NCBI GenBank assembly: GCA_964016885.1 | Contig: OZ024740.1 | Span: 79,422,001-79,486,000, forward strand | DNA length: 64,000 nucleotides | Direction: 5' to 3' | Source: Eledone cirrhosa | Taxonomy: Eukaryota | Part shown: positions 51,745 to 64,000 of the stretch, piece after piece | How the letters are laid out: every line of letters starts with the position of its first letter | Position numbering within the stretch: the first letter of the stretch is position 1 | The notes under the pieces: model-generated | Told to the model about the DNA's origin: nothing | Databases searched by the model: none | The model's input: the letters and a program-made list of their open reading frames with translations, nothing else | Position numbers and translations under genes: made by a program

Positions 51745-52070
51745 CACATGGCTTAGTGGTTAGAGCATTGACCTTGCAATCGAAAGGTTGTGAGTTCAAT
51801 TCTCAGACTGGGTGATGTGTTGTTTCCTTGAGCAAGACACTTTATTTCACATTGCTCCAGTTTACTCAGCTGTAAAAATGAGATGATAGGGACTGGGGTC
51901 CATATCATTCCACTGCAAAGTGGTCGTGCAGGTGCCATGGAAAAAAAGCACCCAGCACTCACTGTAAATGAGGTTGGTGTTAGGAAGGGCATCCAGCTGT
52001 AGAAATCAAACCAGAATCAGTTCCTGTCCCACCCTTGCAAGCAGGGAAAAAAGTGGATGTAAAAATGAAA
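51745..52070 (+). mobile_element. SINE family B with RTE-related tail
   Basis: tRNA head, CCTTGAGCAAGACACTTTATTTCAC, and the tail GGTGTTAGGAAGGGCATCCAGCTGTAGAAA shared with the RTE 3' UTR at ~56030-56170. Confidence 0.75.
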
Positions 52071-55000
52071 TGAATGAATGAATATATATATGAATTTATA
52101 AAATTTTTTTATTTATTTATGAGAAAGAGTGAGATAGATAGATAGAGAGAGAGAGAGATCAAATTACAGAACATTACATCTTGACATTCTTCTATGTAAC
52201 TACTAAATTTTGAATGTTATTGTTAGAAAATATACCTTTTGTGTTGACATCCCTACCCAGGTAACTTTATCATTGTCAGAGGATACTTGACAGTCTGAGT
52301 TTCCACACCTCTCTGTTATTGTCAGAGAATACCTTACAATCAGTGAGTTTCTACATCTATGTAGTGGGGCCTCTGGTTTTTATTCCATTTTCACACTGAT
52401 TCTACCACACTGCTGTTAATTAATCTCATGTAGGTTAGTGTGTAGTTGTTAGACTGGTAGTGGGGCTAGTGTTTTGCTTGAGTAAGTATGTATATATATA
52501 TATATATATATGTGTGTAGGTTAAAGATCATGGAAGTGGAGACAGTTAGATAGAAAAGAGCTGCTAGAGAAATCTCAGCAACTTAGATAAGGAGTTGTTG
52601 GTTTCAGCCCTGTGTTGATGGCACTTTCTTCTCTATACTTGGAGTTTTATCTAGTTGGTATGCAGTATTGCAGAACATAGAAAATAGTTCAGCTTCTAAA
52701 GATAAATATATAGACCTTATCTCTACCAGATAACTGGTTCAACTATAAGTATTTAAAAATGGCTGTTACATGTTAAGGCTTTTTTTTTTTTTTTTGCAAG
52801 CTCTTGAGTATGATATAAAATTTAGTAGGAACTTATGGTGAAGGCATATGGCCTAGTGGTGTGGGTATTAGACTCACAATCATATGTTTGTGTTCAATTT
52901 CTGGACCAGGTGGCATTTTGTGTTCTTGAGCAAGATGCTTCATTTCAGATTTTCATTATAGGACTGGTGTGCCTATCATTAAAACAACTGAGAAACCTCA
53001 TGAGTTGCAACCTTGTAGACCAGCAAAATTACTTAAGTTTGAGTTGTAAATTTATTTTCAATGATGTGTATGTTTAAGATTTAATTAATCATATCTTTAG
53101 TTATAAGGCATGTGGGCAGGTGGTTATGGTGCTGGACGGAACATACTTTATTATTTTACTGGTTTCAGCCAGACCGTGTCCATGCTGGAGCACTACCTTA
53201 AATTGGTTTAAGTTGATCATATCAACCCCAGCACTTATTTTTTTCATGTCTAATATATATATTTTATCGATCTCTTTTTGTTGAACTGCTAAGTTATGGG
53301 ACATAAACACACACACACAGATGTAAACACAGATATTAACTTGGAAGAAACTCACATGTATTTTTACATCTGTTTTCCATACTTTGCATGGATTGGACAT
53401 ATTATCATGCCCTGACACTAGACTGGTCAGAAAATATCTTGCTCATACGTTCCACTTTTGGCATGGTTTCTATGGATGGATGCCTTGCTATTTGTCAACC
53501 ACCTTACAGTGTGTACTGGGTGCATTTTATTGTGGTGTCAACACTAACATTTTATAGAATGTAGGAACTAAAACTGGTTATAATCGATAGTTATATAGTG
53601 CATGGCATTGTGGCATATTCGACACCTGATCATGTGATAGTGGATTTATTTTGTGTTGGCTCCAGTTCACTCAACTGAAAATTAGTGCATAGTAGCAGCT
53701 GGGGGTTAGCCTTGTGACAGAGCCAGATCAGATACTGCAAAATATCCTGTCTGAATCTTTAATTCTACCAATCCATCACTCTGGATTGCTTTTCATCTTT
53801 TTGGGGTTCATAAATAAAAGTTGGCTTTGGCTGGATTTGAACTCGGAGCACTTAGAACTGAAACACATACCAAGGTATTTAATCCAACACTGATGACCCT
53901 ACCCATTCGTTGCCTTAACCCTTTAGCATTTAAACCGGCATATCCGGCCACAATTCTCCCACCCTCTTCTGTTCAAAATGGTTGTAACCGGCCTCCCATA
54001 CTGATGTTAAGGTATTGTTCTCAAAATAAATATCAAAATCTCATAGATTCAATATTATGTGAGATAAAGTCTTTACTGTAAAAATACAATAGTAAATATA
54101 GAGTAATGTAAATGCTAAAGGGTTAATATTCTTATAAAGAACTATGTGGCACATTTTCTTAGTTTTCAATGAAAAAAAATGTAAAGTTTTTGTAAATATA
54201 TTTTCCAGAGCATTTGCTATCATTGTGATAACAAATACAATGTGTTAAATTTGATAATTGATAACTTTCATTTCACTGTAAACATAGTTATTGCAACATA
54301 ATACATTCTACTTATGTAAGACCATAGTAAAAAAAAAAAAAATTACCATATAAAATTATAGATAAGAGGCAGATCTTTAAAAAGAGGTGAAAATGGGTGT
54401 GAAAAAACACATGCAATTTATCTTTTGAACTTTAAGATTTAAAATTTACACCATTCACTAACACAAATAAATGAATGGTTATGTGAGGATGTTTGGTCAT
54501 GTCACTACTTAATTTATTCCATATTTATGTTTTATTGTGGCACCAGCATTACAGAGGTTCTCAAGCATCCAGGCAAGAGTTATCTTAGATACTGTCTCTG
54601 TGTAAGCCTCTATTGACAGCTGAAATCCTTAAACAATTTTAAAAGCACTGGTAAATTTGACAGAGATCATTGAAACATATTGCTATGATATCTTTGCTAG
54701 ACTATTAGCAATGATTAGGATTATTTTAGCTACAAGTTTATATTTTTTCATTTAACCCTTTGGCATTTACATTACTCTCTATTTACTATTATATTTTCAC
54801 GGTAAAAGCTTTACCTCACATAATATCGAATCTATGAGATTTTGATATTATTTATTTTGAGACAATACCTTAACATCAGTATGAGCGGCCCGGTTACATC
54901 CACTTTGAACAGAAAGAGGTGAAAAAATTCTGGCCGGATATAGCCGATTTAAATGCTAAAGGGTTTTTAATACAACCACAAGCAAAGTTGCAAACAGCAT

Positions 55001-55921
55001 TTTCAGAAAGCAACATGTCATAAGACATATGTTGCATTCTAAAAATGATGTATGGGTTAAAAACTGAAGCCACAATATTATAAACACAATAGCGTTTATA
55101 ATCTTGATAATATATGATATATATGGTAATCTAATTAATAGATTTCAAAGTTTTTTTTTTATATTTGATGCCATTATATAATTTATCATCATAATTAATT
55201 AGTTTAAATTAATCTCATTTTTATGTTTGACATAAGCTAGAGTGGACATATTGAGGCAGTGTTTCATGGCTGGATGTTCTTCCTGACTTCTCTTTAATTG
55301 CCTACTATAATACACAGTGATACGCTATGCCTATTCTAAAAACCAAGTGAAACAATATCTGTTTATCTGTTTAATGTTGGTAATTCACACTAGTTTTCTG
55401 TTGAATAGCTAATTGATACCATGAGAAAAATGTATCTTTGTTTATATTGTTTTGTCTCTCTTAGGAACTGTTCTGTTTTAGTGCAAACAAACTTGAATAG
55501 TGAAAGGGAAAACATTGAAAATATTGGTTACATTTATTAAGAGATTTTGCTACGCATTTCCTTTCTCTAAACAATCTCTAGTATGTGAGTCAGCGTCTTG
55601 CTCCGATGATGCTACCAAAATAACTACAGTGGATTTGAACTGTTTGTCTATGGTGTTTTTGTAGGTGTCGCATCAAAAAGCATTCAGCCCACACTGTAAA
55701 GTAATTATGTAGGTGTCACAACAAAAAGCACCCAGCACACACTGAATGTGGCTGGCGTTGGGAAGAGCATTCAGCCATAGAAATGAAGCTCAAAACAGTT
55801 CTGTATGAGCAAGACATGGCCACCTGACCAGACTTGCCTCAAACTGGACAACCATCTAACCCATGCTAGCATGGAAAATTGTTTCCACAAATATCAATCT
55901 AACAATGCATCTGTTATTGTT

Positions 55922-57120
55922 CATCATCATCGTTTAACGTCCATGTTCAACACTTGCATGGGTTTGGACGGGAGTTTTCCCACTTGAGGCAAGAGTGGTT
56001 GTCTTGCTCGCATAGGACTGTCTGGCGGGTTTTCTACAGTTGGATGCCCTTCCTAACACCAACCACATTTACAGTGTGGGGCTGGGAGGTTTTTACCGTG
56101 TTGCCTACACGGCCACATTACAGCGTGGACTGTCTGGCGGGTTTTCTACAGCTGGATGCCCTTCCTAACACCAACCACATTTACAGTGTGAGGCTGGGAG
56201 GTTTTTACTATGTTGCCTACACGGCCACATTACAGCGTGGACTGTGTGTTTTTTTTGTCATGACACCTACACAATCTCATACGTTTCGGCCTGGATGTTG
56301 TGGCACCAACATAACTTTACATTGAATGGGGTAGGGGTGGTGGGACAGGGGGTGTATTTTGTTAGAGATGCCTGCTGACTGTAGTAGGTTTTACTTTGTA
56401 TTTAGGTAAGGCGGGTCTTCTCTATTACTGAGTACCGCCAAAGGTCTCGGTCCAGTGACATTGTCTTGGAGAGGTGTAAGTGTGTGAGGTCGGAATTTAT
56501 CAGCTCGTCCCAGGTTTTTCTAGGTCTGCCTACTCCGTGGCTACCATCTATCTTTATTGCCCTGCACTTTGCTATACAGCTGTCGTCTTTCATGCGTATC
56601 ACGTGACCATACCAACGTAGCCTTCTCTCGAGTAAACAACATCTGATCCCTCTTATTTCTAATTTTTTCCTTAGTTCGTTTATGCTTTGCCGTTCACGCA
56701 TATTCCTATTACACATCCAGCGGAGCATGCAAGCTTCGTTCCTCTCTAGTCTGCGTATATCCTCTGCACACAATGCCCAGGTCTCACTGCCATGCAACAT
56801 TGCTGTTCGTATGCAGGCATCATACAACCTGCCTTTCATTTTTAGGGAGAACCCTTTAGCGGCTAATAGTGGTATAAGCTCTCTGAACTTTTTCCATCCA
56901 GTTCTGACTCTAGCTACTGTACTTTCAGAGCACCCTCCCCCAACTGCTGATTTTGTCACCCAGGTAATGGAAGCTGTCCACTATTTCTATAGAACCCTCT
57001 GCGCAATTGAAAGAGCTAGTATTTTGTGGGCACTTGCTGCTACTTATTGCACCAGAGCACCGGCCACATGTAAAATCTGTGTTCTTAGTTAGCTTACCTG
57101 TGATCCCACTACATCTTTTA
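55922..57120 (-). mobile_element. 5'-truncated RTE-clade LINE (RT C-terminus + 3' UTR, (GAT)n tail)
   Basis: ORF 56402-56959(-) contains GRLYDACIRTAMLHGSETW...RRLRWYGHVIRM...GRPRKTW. The 3' end reads GGACGTTAAACGATGATGATGA. Confidence 0.9.
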
Positions 57121-60100
57121 TGTTCACCCTTGTATTTGCTGTAAAGTGGTTGACATTAAGAAAGGCATCCAGCCATATAAAACCACACCAAGAATTGAAC
57201 ATATCGGTTAGACGTGATACCTGACCTGTCTTGCTTAAGCATGGAAAATAAACATTAAATGACACTTATCTACCAAAACTTACTCTGGGCTCCAAATATC
57301 AAATAATGAAGCGAAAGTTTTGTAAACAGAAAGGAGGTGCAAGTGACTTATATTCAAGTATATGTAGTACGTTAATTTTGAAAACAAATTTATTGTATCC
57401 AGTTTATATTGTCAGAAAACAAACAAAATTTGTCTGAAATTGCACTTGCTACTAGTTTTCATTTCTTAAATATCAAGTATATTATCATCATCACCACCAT
57501 CATCGTTTAATGTCTGCTTTCTCTGTTGGTGCATATTAGATCATTTTACATCTGCATTCCATGCTGGCAGTTAAACATTTTTGCAGTTTATACCTATGTA
57601 GGTTTCGTCAGCTTACTGCAATGTTGTATCCTATAGCATTCTTGGATGTTTTGATGATATAACCCCCAGTCTTATGAAAAGGAATGTGAAATGAAATTTC
57701 TTGCTCAAGAAAACACACTGATCACTAGACCACATGAGTAGGATGGTTCATTAGAGTCCTCTTATTCAAAGCTATTATCCCCATAGACATGTCAGAGACC
57801 ATGTTGCAATCATGCATTACCGATTCTGACATGGTTTCTATGGCTGGATGTCCTTCACAGCACCAATGACTTTATAGAATGAAATGGGAGCATTTTATCT
57901 TTTATTATGGCACACACAAGTGGGGTTGTCTTGTCCAATGTTAAAAGGATCTCTCTACTTCATACAGTATCTCAGGTAAATATGACTAAGAGGATGATAG
58001 AGGGGAACTAATAGTGGTGGGTAGAAGGCAGAGTAGGTAAGCAACATTGACAGGATTCAAATAGAGATCTGTCATGGCAGGAAAGAGTGAATGATGGGTT
58101 CCACAAAAAAGATTAATAGATGTTAGCTGGGTGTCTCATGAAGGAGAAACAGTTGGTTTAAGTTATTTGCTTTCTTAACTCTTTCATTACCATATCTCTA
58201 ATGAAAGATACTGCCTATACTTTTTAAATTTTGAAAATAAAGAATTTGGAAGTACTTTCATAATTTCATGTATTATAAGGGGTAGTTTATGTCAATTTGG
58301 TATCAAAAGGGTTTGTGTGATCTTAACTTCAATGAAATAGTTTCCTTTCTAGAGCTTCTGTGAAATAAGAGCAATTATTAAAATAACTCTTGTTTTACAC
58401 ATTAGCCATTTGTTACAAATAAAAAATTGCAGTTCATCAATGAGTCATTAATCTATTAAATAAATTCTTGCAAGTGTGTGTAATATATAAAAACAAGCAC
58501 TCATGCACACATGTGCATGCACACATACACACATATATACATATACACACATACCATGCAACATTAATTGGATCACACACACACCTACACTTACATAAAC
58601 TTCTGTAAATTTTCTATCTACCAAATTTCACTCATAGTCAGCCTAAGTCCATAGTAGAAACCACTTAAACAAGGTGCCTCACAATGGGATTGAACCAGAA
58701 ACCTCATGATAGTTGCATAGTGAACTTGTTAATCACAAGCCACTGCTGTGGTTGAACCTATAACTGTAAAAATAATTGTTCCCATCAAAATCCATTCTAG
58801 CTACAGTGAGTTGTAAAACAGAAATAGTTCATAGTTTAATATCTTATGTTTAGTATAAGAATGCCAAAATGTGGAACATTACCAAACAGGGCAATTATTC
58901 TAATTATTGTCTGACTACTATAATTACTACTTCTTTGAATGAAGGGGTTTATTAAAGAGACAGCTTCTATGTCTGATTCATCATAATAGTTTTTGTGTTA
59001 CTACAGTGTATGTAGCAAAGAAATGTTGTCCAGCAAGTTGAGAAGATAGTTAAACAGATAATAGTGAAATACATAGATACATATATAGTAAAGACAGTTT
59101 ATTAGCTATATATAATTGCCATGCTTTATAAGACAGTCACTGTCATTGTCATCATCGTCATTTCTATGCCTGCTATTTCATGCTGGACTGAACTTTTTAA
59201 GACAGTTTTGTGGTTAGATATCCTTTTTGATACATCACACCCCTCCTTTTTTATTTACTCTTTAGTCAGTGTGTGTCCATAACCCTTTACAGAACCTCTA
59301 AATCTGCTAGGAAGGGCGTAGAAAGGGCAGGTGTCCTTAAACTAGAGATCTGCGCCAAAAGGTTACACCAATAAAGATACGTAGCCGAGTGGTTAGGGTA
59401 TTTGACCCCCGATCATAAGGTTATTTTTTTTATTCCTGGACTGGGTAGTGCATTGTGTTCTTGAGCAAAATGTTTTATTTTTTGTTTTCATGACAGGTCT
59501 GGAACACCCCAAAGCAGTTAGTGGTGTTAGTTAGTGGTGTTAAACTGTTTTTGATGACCCACAGGGCTACAATGTACCTTTTCTAAAAACAAAAGGAAAC
59601 AATAGTCTCAACATATTTTTGCCAGTTTGTTGCTGATAATCTCTTCATAAAAATTGAGATATAGAGAATTGAATGAGCTATAGAACTACTTTTGTAGAAA
59701 GAATGCTGCCATGCCCATCATCCAGTAAAGTATTTAAAGTTGGGTTGTTGTTCTCTATGATATTAAGAAGTCAACAGTATGTCTAACTTTATTCTTTTTC
59801 TTTTCAACTGTTTGCTCCAGTTCTCTGTTGGCAATATCCGGATGTGATTTAATCCATTTGATACTAAACTTCCCCAAGCCACCCCTGGATCTATGATACT
59901 GAGCTGTTTATGTTTATCTAAAACCTATTGTGATTTTAAGTTATACACTCCAAACACCAGGTTAATAATGAGAAAGTTTTTTAAAATTAAATCTCTTTAA
60001 ATTCTTGATTATTTTCAAACTTATTTGGAAATCATAACCAGTAGCTTTCATTAGAAAATAAAAAGGCATCTGGTACAGACAACTCATTCTTAGAAATTGT

Positions 60101-62781
60101 ATTTTGAAGATGGGATGTTTTCAAATTAATTAGATCTCTTTTACTGTTCATCATTGTTAAGATGCTGTAGTTAACCATCTCAATTGATTTGACATTTCTT
60201 GTCAGTAGAATACTGAAATAGGCAGCTTTGAGGAGCAGAACAAATTCAAAATTCAGACATCATTCAAGTCTCTATCAAATTTATCATGAGGCTTGATATG
60301 ACCCATCTCTAAAGATGTTTCCTCATATGTCTGCCATTGTTGTTCCCTAACAGTTTTCAACTCCTGAAATGAACATGCTCCCAAATTTGTGTAATAAAAG
60401 CATACACATAATATTCTGAATCTTTGGGATTGACAAAAGTATATTTTTTCAGTTGACAATCCAGATTTTCTCTTAGTACATCAGTGCCTTCAGTAGCATG
60501 AACCAAATACTTTCAAAGGCATTGGTATTCTAAAAATGCCACCTCTTTGTATTCATTTTATTACATGAATTTAGGTAGGGTAATTAAAATGTAGGTAGTT
60601 GTACTAACATATTTTATGACTACTTTAAGAAATATAATCCAATTAACCCACCCATAGATACACAGTGGATCAGAAATAAAATAAAAGTATATCTGATATA
60701 AAAAAAAAAACCTGACTTCACCTATACAGATTATGAAAATATGTAAGGTTAGAGTGTGACACAGGCACACCCACACAGGTATTTTAGGCATTACAGTCCA
60801 ACCCAGCAGAATAAGCATTACGTGATGAGACCAGCAGGACTAAATATTCTATTTCATTGCATAAATATAAAGATTTTCCTAATATTGTTTCATGATATTA
60901 ACCTTTTCATGACCACATTTCTAATGAAATACACTCTATTTAAATTAATTAATGAAGAATTTCATTATTAATATAGTAACTGAATATAAGGTTCTTATAG
61001 AATTATGTTGAAAGATTTTAATGAAATCTTTAAAATAGGTGGTTTTATTTCATAGAACTAGAACCGGTTTTGGTTGGGTTGGTAACTAAAGTGTTAAAAG
61101 ATTTTTTATTGTCTCTGATTTAATTCCATATTTAAAGTTATTTGTTCAAAGTGTAGCATTCCAACTTGTTTCATTATGTTAAAGAGAGCAGTAGATTGAC
61201 AGAATCATTTGAACATCAGTCAAATGCTTTGTGGTTCTGGCTACATTCTAAGTTTAAATCCCACTGATGTCAACTTTTCCTTTCATTCTTACAGCACTAT
61301 AAAATAAAGTACCAGTGAAGCATTGGGGTAGATGTAATCATTTCCCCCCTCCCACAAATTGCTGGCCTTGTCTAAATTAAAAACCAGTATGTTAAAGATT
61401 TCAATTATGTTTGATTTTTAAGTCGTTTTGAAAATAAGGATTTAGATGGATTTAACCCTTTAGCATTCACATTACTCTATATATGCTATTATATTTTTAT
61501 GGTAAATGCTTTATCTCACATAATATTGAATCTGAGATTTTGAAAGTATTTATTTTGAGAACAATACCTTAACATCAGTTTGAGTCACCAGTTACAGCCA
61601 GTTCCAACAGATAAAGGTAGAGAATTCTGGCCGGTTTGAACATTAAAGGGTTAATAAAATAACTGAATTTCTCATCGTTTAGCTGCTGATTGAAATAAAA
61701 CTAAACAAAGTATCTAAGATAAAATTATGATGGAAAATTTCTAGATAATATAAGCATTCTATATTTTTTAAAAACAGCTCTCTATCATAAAATCAAGGTT
61801 TGGTATCGAGAGTTTATCCTGTTGAAAGCATGACATTTGAACTCATTTCATTGTTAAATATTTAGATTATGTCTTTGATTTCATACCATATGTAAGATTG
61901 TCTACCCTTTCGTGACTGTATATCTAATGAGATATACACTATTTCACATAAGAATTTTGAGGGATTTACTGAAATTATTTCATAACTAAGATAACTGAAC
62001 ACATTGTTCTTGTATAATATTATATTGAAATATTTAAATTCAAATAGGAAACCTTTTAAATGGGTGGCTGGGTTTTAATCTGGTTGGTGTCAAAAGGGTT
62101 AAACTTGTGCTGTGACAAGCACATGAATATTTTACATTATTCTTGCCGACAATGAAGTTTGTATATGACTAGTAGCCGAGAGCCTTTCTGAGCTAGTCAA
62201 GTCAGTAATATATTTTATCCAATGGCATCTTTCCAGTCTAGAAACAAGGTTAATCTGTCATTTGGCATTTGTAGTAACCTAGCGACATTGTTGTACAGGG
62301 AAACATGATTTTATAACATCAAACTGATTTTATTTTATTTTTCTCAGTAAATTTGTTTAAATCCTAGTTTGTTGAACCTGAGCCAAACTAATTAATTTTT
62401 CAGAAACCAGTAATAGATGTCAACCTTGGATATTAAAGAAAACTTAATTATTCATGTAATTAATCAATTTTAAACTGTTATTTAGCCCTGGGTCAACCCT
62501 GAAGAAGTAGACCTAACATCAAAGGCATTCCAGCTATGGCCATCAAGACTACGTTGTTTTTTTTGTTTTTTTTTTAAGATGATAGATGTGATTTGAGGAG
62601 ATTCAGCTGTTATTTCTAGCAGGTTGAGTAACTATATGTAGGTTCATGGTAAAGGTTGTTAGTTGTAAATAACCTGATTTCCTGTATTTTAGGAATTCTG
62701 TCTTTATATTTTTACTTCCAATTTCCTTTTTGGGAATCTGCAATAACAAGAATTCATCATCGTTGGAACTCTGTACTAATA

Positions 62782-63119
62782 TGACCCAAATGTGCCATTT
62801 CCTGTGTGTTGGTGTGACCCAAATGTGCCATTTCCTGTGTATTGGTGTGACCCAAATGTGCCATTTCCTGTGTATTGGTGTGACCCAAATGTGCCATTTC
62901 CTGTGTATTGGTGTGACCCAAATGTGCCATTTCCTGTGTATTGGTATGACCCAAATGTGCCATTTCCTGTGTATTGGTGTGACCCAAATGTGCCATTTCC
63001 TGTGTATTCGTGTGACCCAAATGTGCCATTTCCTGTGTGTTCGTGTGGCCCAAATGTGCCATTTCCTGTGTGTTCGTGTGACCCAAATGTGCCATTTCCT
63101 ATGTCTTGGTGTGACCCAA
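62782..63119. repeat. 33-bp minisatellite (~10 copies)
   Basis: Unit TGACCCAAATGTGCCATTTCCTGTGTATTGGTG. Confidence 0.95.
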
Positions 63120-63204
63120 CCTGCTGTTTTTTAACCACGTGTTGGGATGGTCTAGGCATCATCTTTTAAAAATTAAGTTAATAATCTAAAAATGTATAAT
63201 CTTA

Positions 63205-63763
63205 CTAGCAGTGGTACCCGGCGTTGCACGGGAAAAGGTATTGTGAAATATATAACCGCCTTAGCTAAGCTTAGTATTGCCACAACCACGGCTGGCAAAG
63301 AAGTAAGGGTCTGGTGGTTCATAAGTAAGCAACACTGTGGCTTAAAACTGTTTTGGGAATGAGTGTGAGATTTGTCTTGAGCAAGGGTAGCAGAATAACC
63401 GGAGGCAGCAGACAGCCATACAGACAGATATTATAAGGGCGCGTTCTGGACGCAGAGCGAATTTTAGGAAGTGACGTAATGCAAGCAGCCAGACGTACAG
63501 ACAGATATTATAAGGGCGCGATGTTAAATGTATGTATCTATCTAAAAAGAGAAAGACTAAGAATTATAGAGAGAGATCGCTAAATCACCTAATGCAGTCC
63601 CTAGGGCATTGAAAATTTGAAAATTTTTTTTGCTCAGAACACTCCCTGAAACAAGTATTACATGTGTAAAATTTGAAAACAGTCGGTTGGGTGCTTCTCT
63701 AGTTTTAGGTATTCAAACTCACACACACACACAGACAGACATCCTTAGTTTTATATATATAGA
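63205..63763 (-). mobile_element. Non-autonomous Helitron
   Basis: Minus strand TCTATATATATAAAA...CCCGTGCAACGCCGGG...CTAG at an A|T site. Termini resemble 40532-41458. Confidence 0.85.
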
Positions 63764-64000
63764 TTAATTTATCTTTGATTGATACTTAAACTTTTGATTG
63801 TTTCTACATTTGGCAAAAGACCAGCAATATGAAGGGAAGGGAAATCTCGATTAAATCTACTCCAATGCATTATTGGTGTTTTAACCCATTAGCATTTAAA
63901 CTGGCTGTATCCAGCCAGAATCCTCTCGTCTCTTTCTATTCAAACCAGCTGTAACCAGCCACTCATACTGTTAAGGTATGTTAATTTCATAGATTTGATA

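Noticed and set aside
62730-63169. Repetitive ORFs in four frames
   Set aside because: Artefact of a stop-free 33-bp unit. The AG at ~62691 gives no claudin-like continuation.

Overview
AT-rich, microsatellite-dense eukaryotic DNA. The SINE, MITE and (TA)n/(TG)n landscape is consistent with an octopod cephalopod (inference). Only one host coding exon is supportable: the first coding exon of a claudin/PMP22-superfamily gene (+, ATG 50156, donor after 50429). The rest is mobile DNA: two tRNA-SINE families, RTE, Tx1/L1, CRE and Penelope fragments, hAT, mariner, pogo and piggyBac-type elements, Helitrons, and several minisatellites, two of them inside hAT elements. The most striking signal is a set of more than 10 type I hammerhead-ribozyme (HHR) motifs from several unrelated sequence families between about 5.7 and 41.8 kb. 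Most lie in short elements inserted into (TA)n tracts, and many of these elements form long fold-back palindromes, the architecture of Penelope-like pseudo-LTRs. They include non-canonical cores (UUGAAAA with a compensatory U3-A8 pair, CCGAAGA, CAGAAGA) and CUU/AUA cleavage triplets. All alignments and folds were done by eye, and no ribozyme activity is demonstrated.
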